Part shown: piece after piece, positions 17,097 through 25,559 of the stretch | Position numbering within the stretch: position 1 is the first letter of the stretch | Layout of the letters: the number at the start of each line of letters is the position of its first letter | Source: Tepidisphaerales bacterium | GTDB lineage: Bacteria; Planctomycetota; Phycisphaerae; Tepidisphaerales; Tepidisphaeraceae | Length of the DNA stretch: 30,412 bases | Reading direction: 5' to 3' | Assembly: GCA_038238625.1 (NCBI GenBank) | Contig: JBBSFP010000001.1 | Location: forward strand, 1 to 30,412 | Program-made: the position numbers and the translations under genes | Notes under the pieces: generated by a model | Database searches by the model: none | Seen by the model: the letters and a program-made list of their open reading frames with translations, nothing else | What the model was told of the DNA's origin: nothing

Positions 17097-17951
17097 TTAA
17101 TCAACTTTTTCAGGGGCGGCCGTGCCTGCTGCATTGAACAGCCGCAATAACGTTGGGCCATCCAGCATTTCGGGGCGAAGCTGGCCATCAATCTGCAGTT
17201 GGGCCAGCAGGTGATCGGCCTCATAATTGGCTTGTGCAAGAGCCTTCCGGAGCGTTTTTCGGCGCGCGGCAAAGAGGAGATGCACCATTTTCCCAAACGA
17301 TCCGACGCTGGATCCGAGCCGGTCGTCGCGGCGGATGCGCACCAAACTCGATTCGACTGTCGGTGCCGGCCAAAAGGCTTCGGGCGGCAGCTTGCGCAGC
17401 ACTTCCACGCGGCCCAGCATCTGCGTCATCACCGACAAAGGGCCATAGGAATCCGACCCGGCTTCGGCCTTTAGTCGCAGCGCCACCTCCTTCTGCACCG
17501 TGAACGCCATCAGGTCGACACCTGCAATCAACAGTTCCACCACCAGCGGCGAAGCGATGTTGTATGGAAGGTTGGCGACCAGTTTCGTTGGGTGCGTGGC
17601 GACTGACAATGCCGCCCGCAGCTCGGTGTTAAGTGCATGCTTGTTGGCCAGGGCATCACCTTCAATGAGCCTGAACTTTTCCACATCGGAGAATTTTTGG
17701 CGCAGCATCTGAGCCAGGTTGCGGTCGATCTCCACGGCAATCAGCCGTGCATCGGTTCTGAGAATCTCTTCACTGAGCGTACCGGTTCCCGGGCCCACTT
17801 CGATGATCTGGTCATCGGGTTTGATCTCCCCCGCTTCGGCAACGAGGCGGACCAGATTCTGGTCGATCATGAAATTTTGCCCAAAACGGTGAAGCGGTTC
17901 GGCGTTGGCCTGGGAAAGGATCGCCTGGATTTCGCGCTTGGTTTGAGACAT
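17097..17951 (-). CDS. rsmA: 16S rRNA m6,2A1518/1519 dimethyltransferase (KsgA)
   Basis: RFGQNFMID, IEVGPGTGTL, AVEID, VANLPYNIAS, QKEVA, FWPAPTVES, RRKTL. Confidence 0.96.
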   Translation of the reverse strand: MSQTKREIQAILSQANAEPLHRFGQNFMIDQNLVRLVAEAGEIKPDDQIIEVGPGTGTLSEEILRTDARLIAVEIDRNLAQMLRQKFSDVEKFRLIEGDALANKHALNTELRAALSVATHPTKLVANLPYNIASPLVVELLIAGVDLMAFTVQKEVALRLKAEAGSDSYGPLSVMTQMLGRVEVLRKLPPEAFWPAPTVESSLVRIRRDDRLGSSVGSFGKMVHLLFAARRKTLRKALAQANYEADHLLAQLQIDGQLRPEMLDGPTLLRLFNAAGTAAPEKVD

Positions 17952-18070
17952 CAAACGAGATTCTAAGAGGGATTTTCAGCCAGAACACCTGATGCGTCAG
18001 AATAGCCTCTGACATCGCCTTGGTGAAACTTCGCTCGCGGATACAATCCCTCGCCAAGGAGCTAACCGAT

Positions 18071-19153
18071 ATGCGTGCGATTGTGACTGGACAAGTGGGT
18101 GTCGAAAAAGCGCCTTATCTGGAAGAGGCGCGGATTTTGGCGGAGCAGAACGGGCACGACCTGCTGGTTTGCCATGTCGGGCAGATGATGTACGCCGAGG
18201 CACTGGATGTGCCACCCGGGCGGATCCTGAATCTTCCGATGTCACGGCTCAACAGCTTGCGGCGCGCGGTGTTTAAAGAAATCCTGCGGCTGGCGGAAAG
18301 ACACGAGCATGTGCTGGTCAACACCCATGCCACATTTCGTTGGAGGCACGGACTTTTTCCGGCCTTTGATTTCGACCAGATCAAGGCGTTCGGTGCGGAT
18401 TTATACGTAACCCTTCTGGACAATGCTGAAAGCGTGCACCAGCGATTGCTCGCTGATCATGATATTGACCATACGCTCAAAGACATCATGGTGTGGCGTG
18501 AAGAAGAGCTGCTGGCGACCGAAATTATCGCCAACATAGCCCGGGGGTACGGATCATTTTTCATGGTGAGCCGGGGTCGCAACGTATTGACGGCGGCAAC
18601 GATTTATCGGCTCATGTTCGAGAAGAATCGACCCAAGGCCTACCTCTCGTTTCCGATGAGCCATGTGATGGATTTGCCGGACACCCTGGAAGAAATCGAG
18701 CAATTCAAAAAGGTGATGAACGAGCACCTGATTTGTTTTGACCCGGCCGACGTGGACGAGTTTGTGCTGCACACCAAGGCCGTCAGGGCCATGGAAGAAG
18801 GCCGCGCGACCATTGAGGTGCAGGCCGTGAATGGTCCGCTGATTTTAAAGACATCCGATGTGGCCCAGATCAGCGGCGACATCATGGGGCAAATTTACGC
18901 CCGGGATTTCAAAATGGTCGACCAGAGTGACATGATCGTCAGCCTGGTCCCTGAACTGCCCAATGGCAAACCGGGCTTGTCCAGCGGCGTCGAGCGCGAG
19001 CTTCACCATGCGTACGAGGGCGGCAAAGAAGTGTACGTAATCTGGGCGTGTCGGGGGTTACCGTCCCCTTTCATCACCGAGACTGCAACGCGCGTTTTCA
19101 AGAACGTTCAGGAGGCGGTGGCACATTTCAAGGTCAAAGGTTACGTGAAATAA
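18071..19153 (+). CDS. Fusion of an archaeal-type adenylate-kinase-like domain and a nucleoside 2-deoxyribosyltransferase (NDT)-like domain
   Basis: N-terminal VTGQVGVEK, NTHATFR and GLFPAF echo archaeal AdkA; C-terminal AYLSFPMS, CFDP, RDFKMVDQSD and SSGVERELHHA echo the NDT/N-glycosidase fold. AAGGAG SD supports ATG 18071; TACAAT at 18042-18047 is a possible -10 box. Confidence 0.72.
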   Translation: MRAIVTGQVGVEKAPYLEEARILAEQNGHDLLVCHVGQMMYAEALDVPPGRILNLPMSRLNSLRRAVFKEILRLAERHEHVLVNTHATFRWRHGLFPAFDFDQIKAFGADLYVTLLDNAESVHQRLLADHDIDHTLKDIMVWREEELLATEIIANIARGYGSFFMVSRGRNVLTAATIYRLMFEKNRPKAYLSFPMSHVMDLPDTLEEIEQFKKVMNEHLICFDPADVDEFVLHTKAVRAMEEGRATIEVQAVNGPLILKTSDVAQISGDIMGQIYARDFKMVDQSDMIVSLVPELPNGKPGLSSGVERELHHAYEGGKEVYVIWACRGLPSPFITETATRVFKNVQEAVAHFKVKGYVK

Positions 19154-19719
19154 TGGTGCGCGCGGTCACCGTTTACTGTTCATCCAGCAACAGGATTGCT
19201 GATTCGTATATGGAAGCTGGGCATCAACTCGGAAAGGCCATCGCTTCACAGGGCTGGACGCTGGTATACGGCGGAAACCATGTGGGTTTGATGGGGCAAG
19301 TAGCCGATGGGGCGCGGGCGGGCGGTGGAAAAGTGGTGGGGATTACGCCACAGGTGCTTGTCGATCATGGCTTGAGCGACCCGGCATGCGATGAGCTGGT
19401 GGTGACCCCCGGAATGCGCGAGCGGAAAGCGCTTTTAGAGGAACGAGGCGATGCATTCTTAGCACTGCCCGGCGGATTGGGAACGCTTGAGGAGATCTTC
19501 GAAATTATTGTGGGTAAGCAACTGGGATATCATCGAAAACCGATCGTGCTGCTTAATCTTGAGAGATATTATGAGCCGTTGCTGGCGATGATTGAGCATG
19601 GAATTGAACATCATTTTATAAAAACTGAATACCGGTCGCTTTATAGGGTTGCCGATTCGGTGGAAACGGCAATCAACCATCTCAGTGAAGTCGAATGTGA
19701 AAAACAGTCCCCGCACTAA
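19153..19719 (+). CDS. LOG family nucleotide monophosphate phosphoribohydrolase (TIGR00730-like Rossmann fold)
   Basis: VYCSSS, LVYGG..VGLMG, MRERK, PGGLGTLEE; TAATG one-base overlap with the upstream gene. Confidence 0.93.
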   Translation: MVRAVTVYCSSSNRIADSYMEAGHQLGKAIASQGWTLVYGGNHVGLMGQVADGARAGGGKVVGITPQVLVDHGLSDPACDELVVTPGMRERKALLEERGDAFLALPGGLGTLEEIFEIIVGKQLGYHRKPIVLLNLERYYEPLLAMIEHGIEHHFIKTEYRSLYRVADSVETAINHLSEVECEKQSPH

Positions 19720-19836
19720 TGCGCGGAGATGCCCACCCTCCCCATTCCGCAGCCGTTAAAATTGCCCAGCCCCCGCCTGTTTGCCGATGGGGGACATGTG
19801 CCTTCGTGGCATAGAATGCTGGCGTCACGGTGATAC

Positions 19837-21420
19837 ATGGGAAAACGAACTGATCTGACCCTCAACCTTGCGCTGGCAGCTTCGCTGGTGATCCACGGCG
19901 TGGCGGCCCTCTCCTATGACCGACTGCGAGCTACCCGTAGACAGGTCGCCAATGCGACGCCGACAAAAATGGGTGAGGCCCGCATCGAAAATGCAACGCC
20001 GCCAGAAACAAAACTGCCCACTTTGCCCCCGCTGATGGAGGCACCTCCCGAGGATGAGGACGAAGTTCGTTTTGGCGAAGAGGGAGGGCAAGGCGAAGCA
20101 TCAAGCAATACGCAGGGTGATCGAATGATGGAGGCGCCCAGGGCTGATGAGATGCAAGCATTCGAGGGGCAAGAAGCTTATGGGCGTGACCCGGTTTTGA
20201 ATTCACCGGGAACGGGCCGATTCAACGGCGATGGAGCAGGCGGGCGTGGCCGCGGTACCCCCGGCGCGGCTTCGGTGGCCGCGCCGGGTCGCGAGGGCGC
20301 GGCCGGTGGCAGCAAGGCTCCCCCGCCGCCGATTTTGGCACAAAAGACTGTCGGTCCAAGTCCCCTTCCAAGTCCGTTTGGTTTTCAACCACCGCCAGCA
20401 CCGTTGCCGCTGCCCAAACGTAAACTATCTTCGGATGTGATAGCGCACGGCCCCCAGGATAATACGGCCACCAGGACTCCGTCGGAGAATCAACTTGATC
20501 CTGAGTCAATAGACATGCCGTCCGACGGCGTTGACGAAGCGCCGGCGACAGCGCCCGTTGCTGAAGCGCTGGCATCCCCTGCCGCCACCCAACCCGCCGC
20601 TACACCCACGGCCAAGCCCAGCGATTCGCCATTGGCGACCACGATGCCGACCACCGGTCCGATGGATGAGCGTTATGCGGGACATATCTCCGCGACGCAG
20701 CCTTTCGATCCGGCGTTAGCGACGACCCATCCATCCGATCCGTCGGATGACACTGCAAATGCTACTTTCACGACACAACCGACGACGGCGCCGAATCTTT
20801 TGGTGTTGAGCTACGGCCCACCGACAACCTTGAAGGCGACGACCAAAACGGCGGTGGCTGAGATCGATCCGAAAATCACCCCGGCGGCCCGGGCCGTCGA
20901 TGGCGTGGCCGAGGGACGTGTGGATGGCCTGGGCGCGACAACATCGCCAGTGATCGATGCACAGGCCAACGAGACGCCCACGCCCAACGCGGTGTTGATG
21001 GCCAGTGCGTCACAGAGCACCGAAGGAGCCGCGCCGGGGGTGCCGCAGCGGCTGGCGGGTCAGAACCCGGGGAAGGAAAGCCAGAGCGAATCTGATGCTT
21101 TTTCGCATGAGCTGGTCTGGCGCGATGGCAAGGTGCTGGCACGCGATGGCATCAAGGTCAAATCCGTTCGACCACGGCTTACTGATGCGGAGGAGCTGGA
21201 TTTGATGAGTCTTGCCGACCCGCGCGTGAAGATCAAAGGAATCCACGATGCCAGCGGAAAAGTGATCGATGCCGTGATCGAAATCCCATCCGGGAGCAAT
21301 TCAGTGAACACCGCCTGCCTGTTGGCGGCATGGCATTGGGAGTTTTTTTTGGGTAACCAGAGCGGCAAAGGACAGCCGGGGAAGTGGTCGATCTGGTTTG
21401 AGTTCAGGCGACGAGGATAG
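19837..21420 (+). CDS. TonB-like protein: N-terminal membrane anchor, long Pro/Thr/Ala-rich linker, TonB C-terminal-like domain
   Basis: Hydrophobic LNLALAASLVIHGVAAL (SxxxH pattern); low-complexity middle; C-terminal ...DASGKV...IPSGSNSVNTACLLAAWHWEF...WFEF pattern resembling TonB_C. Confidence 0.65.
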   Translation: MGKRTDLTLNLALAASLVIHGVAALSYDRLRATRRQVANATPTKMGEARIENATPPETKLPTLPPLMEAPPEDEDEVRFGEEGGQGEASSNTQGDRMMEAPRADEMQAFEGQEAYGRDPVLNSPGTGRFNGDGAGGRGRGTPGAASVAAPGREGAAGGSKAPPPPILAQKTVGPSPLPSPFGFQPPPAPLPLPKRKLSSDVIAHGPQDNTATRTPSENQLDPESIDMPSDGVDEAPATAPVAEALASPAATQPAATPTAKPSDSPLATTMPTTGPMDERYAGHISATQPFDPALATTHPSDPSDDTANATFTTQPTTAPNLLVLSYGPPTTLKATTKTAVAEIDPKITPAARAVDGVAEGRVDGLGATTSPVIDAQANETPTPNAVLMASASQSTEGAAPGVPQRLAGQNPGKESQSESDAFSHELVWRDGKVLARDGIKVKSVRPRLTDAEELDLMSLADPRVKIKGIHDASGKVIDAVIEIPSGSNSVNTACLLAAWHWEFFLGNQSGKGQPGKWSIWFEFRRRG

Positions 21421-21486
21421 TGCCAGCCGGGGGGCAAACGCACCGCTGGTTGGCCTAGGGCGCGGGCAGAATGGTACCATACCCGC

Positions 21487-21960
21487 ATGCGACGATCGCT
21501 CTTAATTCTATGCTTGTGTGCCGTCGGTGGATGTGCGAGTGATAGCGTCAACGGCACATGGATCGTCGACGCTGAGCGCAGCCATATGTTCAGCTTCGCA
21601 AGCACGCGCCCCAGCCAGTCGAACGATCGGATCGAAGCACAACATCGGTCGGCCTTGGCGGGCACGGAATATATTTTCCACCGCAATCAGGAGGGTAATC
21701 CTTGGCCTGATCAATTTGATGGGCTGGTGGAAATTCGCACGGGCGGCCAGGCAATGGGCTTTGCAGGCTGGAAAGCTGTGCCGGTGGCAAAGGGCCTGGC
21801 AAAGGGGGCGAATGTTGGGCGGGCTTACAATATTTTCGAATACCAGACCGGGAACACATTTGTCTTTCAGGGGCCGTTTGTCGTGAAAGGCAAACGTGCG
21901 GAATGGCATCCGCAGTTGGGCAACCTGGGCGGTGCGGTATTGGTGTTCCGCAAAAAATGA
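21487..21960 (+). CDS. Hypothetical lipoprotein
   Basis: Signal peptide MRRSLLILCLCAVGG-C with a lipobox-like Cys; TGGTACCAT (-10-like) 6 nt upstream. Confidence 0.65.
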   Translation: MRRSLLILCLCAVGGCASDSVNGTWIVDAERSHMFSFASTRPSQSNDRIEAQHRSALAGTEYIFHRNQEGNPWPDQFDGLVEIRTGGQAMGFAGWKAVPVAKGLAKGANVGRAYNIFEYQTGNTFVFQGPFVVKGKRAEWHPQLGNLGGAVLVFRKK

Positions 21961-22090
21961 CGTTCATCTGGATGCTCCGGTTGGAACGACCGTGGCCACA
22001 GATCGGTCTGGCCCACTCGAAGCCATCGGCCCGCTATAGTATTTTGCGGCAGGCGTCCGATAATGACTCAATGGCACGGAGGCCGCCCAT

Positions 22091-23272
22091 TTGAGTGATG
22101 TGTTAGATCAATCTGAAGTCGATGCCCTGCTGGCCGCTGTCGACAGTGGCAGCGTGGGGAATGATATCGGCAGTGGGGGCGGCGGGCGCGGAAGCTCATC
22201 CGGCGGGGGCGGCGGAAACTTTTCAGCTCATCTCGACGTTCACACCTATGATTTCAAACGTCCGGAGCGCGTCTCTAAAGATCAAATGCGCGCTCTCGAA
22301 GCGCTGCATGAGGGGTTCGGTCGAAATTTCGGAGCTGCCCTTTCCGGTTATCTGCGAACCATTGTCGAGGTGTCGGTGGCCAGCATCGTGCAGCTCACTT
22401 ACAGCGAATTTATTCATTCGTTGCCCAACCCGACATGCTTTAACCTTCTCAAAGCTGAGCAGTTGGACGGGCAACTTTGCCTGGAAATCAGTCCGCTGAT
22501 TATTTACCCGGTCATTGACCGTTTGCTTGGGGGATCGAATGCCGACCTTTTCATTCCGCAGCGCCCGCTGACGCAGATCGAACAGAGGCTGGTGCAGCGC
22601 ATTACCGACCGCGCGACCCAGCATCTATCGGAAGCCTGGAGCAATCTTACCCCTGTCAACTTCAGCGTGCAGGATTTCGAAAGCAACCCACAACTCGTGC
22701 AGATCGTGCCGCCGAACGAAACTGTGGTCGTGGTAGGGTTCGAGCTGAAGATGGGCAACCGGGCCGGGACGATGAGCTTGTGTATCCCCTACAACGTGAT
22801 CGAGCCGATCATGGGTGTTTTGTCGGCGCAGAACTGGGCAAGCTATCGCCGCAAGGGCGGGCAGGACGATCACCTGCGCAAGCTCACCGGGAACGTGCAA
22901 AACGCCGCTGTAGAGGTGCGAGCGTTTCTGGCGCGAACCACCATCAGTGTGAATGAGCTGCTCTCGCTGCACCCGGGGGATTTAATCACAACCGACAAAC
23001 TTTCCGATACCGATGTGCTTATCCAAGTGGAGGGCAAAAGCAAATTCCTCGGACAGATCGGGCAACTGCGCGGCAACCGAGCGATCCGCATCACACGTCA
23101 CTGCGCCCAGGCCCCCATGGAAATTAAGCCCGATGGCAATGAACCCACTCAAGCCGAGCTCGCAGAAGCCACCGTGGCAACCTCGTCGGCCGCGCAGGCG
23201 GCGATGACAAAAACTGCCCTCAGCACCGTCGCACAGGCCGTCGGTACCAAATTAACGGGAACCCGTAAATGA
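22091..23272 (+). CDS. fliM: Flagellar motor switch protein FliM
   Basis: N-terminal VLDQSEVDALL (CheY-binding helix), YDFKRPERVSKDQ, LHEGFGR, QLTYSEFI, RPLTQIE, ESNPQLVQIV and a C-terminal SpoA domain; TTG start. Confidence 0.95.
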   Translation: MSDVLDQSEVDALLAAVDSGSVGNDIGSGGGGRGSSSGGGGGNFSAHLDVHTYDFKRPERVSKDQMRALEALHEGFGRNFGAALSGYLRTIVEVSVASIVQLTYSEFIHSLPNPTCFNLLKAEQLDGQLCLEISPLIIYPVIDRLLGGSNADLFIPQRPLTQIEQRLVQRITDRATQHLSEAWSNLTPVNFSVQDFESNPQLVQIVPPNETVVVVGFELKMGNRAGTMSLCIPYNVIEPIMGVLSAQNWASYRRKGGQDDHLRKLTGNVQNAAVEVRAFLARTTISVNELLSLHPGDLITTDKLSDTDVLIQVEGKSKFLGQIGQLRGNRAIRITRHCAQAPMEIKPDGNEPTQAELAEATVATSSAAQAAMTKTALSTVAQAVGTKLTGTRK

Positions 23273-24075
23273 GCAGGACAGCCAATCCCCGGTCGGTCGT
23301 CCCTCGATCAGCCGGTGGCTCGACTCCATCCGGCATTTTGGGTTCTCCGTTATCCGCGGAGGGCGGGTACTTCCAACGATCTCAGCTGCCCCTTGCCTGC
23401 CTTTTCTTTCTGCTACCGTTCATGGCAATCTACGAAGTCGGCACGATCTCCATGCCACAAGGCCGAATCGTGGCCTCCATTTGGCTACAGAGCCTGTTCA
23501 AATATTTCGGTATCAGTGCGGCTACCGTCGCACATTTCCTACCCCCCCTGGCCTTGATGGCAGTGCTTCTCGCGTGGCATCTGGCCAGACGCGATCCATG
23601 GCGGCTTTCCCTCCGTGACGTTTTGGCAATGTATATAGAATGCTCGATATTAAGCCTGCCACTACTTGCACTGGCTGCTTGGAGGTTACCGTTTGCCCTA
23701 CCTGAGTCTGACCTTGCAAAACACGTCATAGCATCTGTGGGCGCAGGCATTTATGAGGAATTCGTCTTCCGGCTGATCCTCTATACGTTGTTAAGTATTT
23801 TTCTGGTCGACTTTCTAAAAATGGGCGAAGGGCGCGCCGTGCTACCCATTGTATGCCTATCTGCTGTTGGGTTCGCTTTATACCATTACCCGGGTCACGG
23901 TGTTCTGGTCGTTTCAACGTTTTTGTTCCGCGTGCTGGGTGGAATATATTTTGGGCTTCTCTTCGTAACGCGGGGATTTGGCATAACTGTAGGGGTGCAC
24001 GCTTGTTACGATTTAATGCTTTTACCCCTATCCGTTTTGCACCCTGCTGCGGGAGAATTATTTTCTCGTCAATGA
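23269..24075 (+). CDS. CPBP (Abi/CAAX) family intramembrane glutamic endopeptidase
   Basis: Several hydrophobic helices, GIYEEFVFR (EExxxR), FALYHY, HACYD; ATGA overlap with fliM. Confidence 0.85.
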   Translation: MSRTANPRSVVPRSAGGSTPSGILGSPLSAEGGYFQRSQLPLACLFFLLPFMAIYEVGTISMPQGRIVASIWLQSLFKYFGISAATVAHFLPPLALMAVLLAWHLARRDPWRLSLRDVLAMYIECSILSLPLLALAAWRLPFALPESDLAKHVIASVGAGIYEEFVFRLILYTLLSIFLVDFLKMGEGRAVLPIVCLSAVGFALYHYPGHGVLVVSTFLFRVLGGIYFGLLFVTRGFGITVGVHACYDLMLLPLSVLHPAAGELFSRQ

Positions 24076-24094
24076 AAGCACGATGCTCTATGAT
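24066..24094 (+). promoter_or_regulatory. Candidate sigma70-type promoter for the DUF2617-like gene
   Basis: TCGTCA (24066-24071), 17-nt spacer, TATGAT (24089-24094). Confidence 0.45.
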
Positions 24095-24304
24095 ATTCGG
24101 CCGCAGAAGTCCGCAATGGGCGGACTGCCCCACATTAAAACGGTGGGCGGGTGCCTGTCTCATGGATGACCAGGCTCTCGCACAAATCCTTCGCCTGGGC
24201 GCGAGCTTCTGGACCCGCCGTGGACGCATCGTTCCGACAGCTAAATGGTTGTCTGATCGTCAGTTGAGGGAGACATTCCCTCTAGAAAGTGCATGGACGC
24301 CATC

Positions 24305-24865
24305 ATGAGTAATCGCACAAAACAACGCCGCTCCGGAGGGTTGAACCTCCTTTTGTACCAGCGCACGCTTCATCCTGAACTTTTTCAGATCCTTGGAACT
24401 GATCAGATTAGCCGCCGTGCATATGACGCTGATGTCTGGTTGGTGCAGGGTGGTCATGTCGTCATGTTCACCGCTGGTAAGCACACTTTGACGGAAGTCA
24501 TCGTGGTTAACAACGAACCGCTGACTGATCGTGGTTTGTTACAGACGATTCCCTGCCGTGGTGAAAAGAACCACGAAATGATCGCTCCCGGCGGGACCAT
24601 TCGTTACATGATTTCGACGCAGGAAGAGCAGCTTACCCAGACGATTTACGATGCCACCAAGCATGAGTTAGCGCAATACGCTGCTCAGCGCGAACTGCTT
24701 TCCGCCAACCTCCCAGCCAATGCTGAGCGGGGTGGATCGCTGAGCGTTCTCGACATCGAACGCCGCAGCCACGAATTGCAGGTGCATAGCTTCCACCTGT
24801 TCGATGAAAACCTGATGGTCATGAAAACCCAGGCGATCATCGAAGTTATTAGGCCTGCTCCGTGA
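24305..24865 (+). CDS. Conserved hypothetical protein, probably DUF2617 family (alternative start 24293)
   Basis: LLLYQRTLHPELF and GHVV...LTEV segments recalled from DUF2617 proteins; followed by a terminator hairpin. Confidence 0.6.
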   Translation: MSNRTKQRRSGGLNLLLYQRTLHPELFQILGTDQISRRAYDADVWLVQGGHVVMFTAGKHTLTEVIVVNNEPLTDRGLLQTIPCRGEKNHEMIAPGGTIRYMISTQEEQLTQTIYDATKHELAQYAAQRELLSANLPANAERGGSLSVLDIERRSHELQVHSFHLFDENLMVMKTQAIIEVIRPAP

Positions 24866-24888
24866 TCGATCGAGCTGCCATCAATTTG

Positions 24889-24924
24889 AACAAAGGCCCC
24901 GACGATGGTCGGGGCCTCTTGTTT
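24889..24924. terminator. Rho-independent terminator, probably bidirectional, between convergent genes
   Basis: Perfect 10-bp stem AGGCCCCGAC (24894-24903) / GTCGGGGCCT (24908-24917) with a GATG loop; A-rich before and T-rich (cttgttt) after. Confidence 0.75.
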
Positions 24925-24968
24925 GGGTCGATCTTTGTCGAGTGCTGAACATCTTTTGCAGGAGGGGC

Positions 24969-25505
24969 TTAACTGTCTGTCTCGTCTTGAGATCCTCTCA
25001 GGCTGGCTTCAATTTTGTCGAAGATTGCATCCGTCGGTTCACGCTGATAAATAAAATCATCCAGCGTGCACCGGGTTTGGGCTTGCCCCGGCAATTGAAA
25101 GTGGACATAGGCCACGCCCTTTTTATCCCACAAGCGGCGGTCAACGGCAGTAATACTGTCAGCGGGAATGCCCGGATGCCCGGGCACACTTAGGATGCCA
25201 TCCTGCAGGCGATATTCGCCCCGGGAGTGGTGGAGCGTCCAAACCAGAAACAGCAGGCCGAGGGGCGGGAGCGCAAGGCCCAACATTTTCTGAAGCCGGA
25301 TGTCGGCCTCGGTGTGCTCTTTGGTTAACGGTGGTTGGCCGCGCGCAATCGATTCTTTGCGATCCTGCTCTTCACGGGGATATTGGAAAAATCCGTCTTT
25401 CAAAAACATGAATCCCCCCACCAGGAACAGGGCGACGACGATGTACCGGGTGACGCGGTAATAGCGGCCGGCACGTGCGACAATGGGTTCGGCGTGGAGG
25501 GTCAT
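24969..25505 (-). CDS. Hypothetical membrane protein (two predicted TM helices plus a small soluble domain)
   Basis: 178-aa ORF with hydrophobic stretches YIVVALFLVGGFMFL and MLGLALPPLGLLFLVW. Confidence 0.7.
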   Translation of the reverse strand: MTLHAEPIVARAGRYYRVTRYIVVALFLVGGFMFLKDGFFQYPREEQDRKESIARGQPPLTKEHTEADIRLQKMLGLALPPLGLLFLVWTLHHSRGEYRLQDGILSVPGHPGIPADSITAVDRRLWDKKGVAYVHFQLPGQAQTRCTLDDFIYQREPTDAIFDKIEASLRGSQDETDS

Positions 25506-25559
25506 GAACTGAATCGCAATGAGATGCCCAATTCCGTTCTGCGGAAAATCAGGCGGGCT

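Noticed and set aside
21343-21350. T8 run near the 3' end of the TonB-like gene as a frameshift site
   Set aside because: The frame continues into a plausible C-terminal strand (WSIWFEF), so there is no sign of disruption.
24175-24255. Loose resemblance to a c-di-GMP-I (GEMM) riboswitch
   Set aside because: Lacks the GNRA tetraloop/receptor and the GACGCAAA core; similarity too weak to call.
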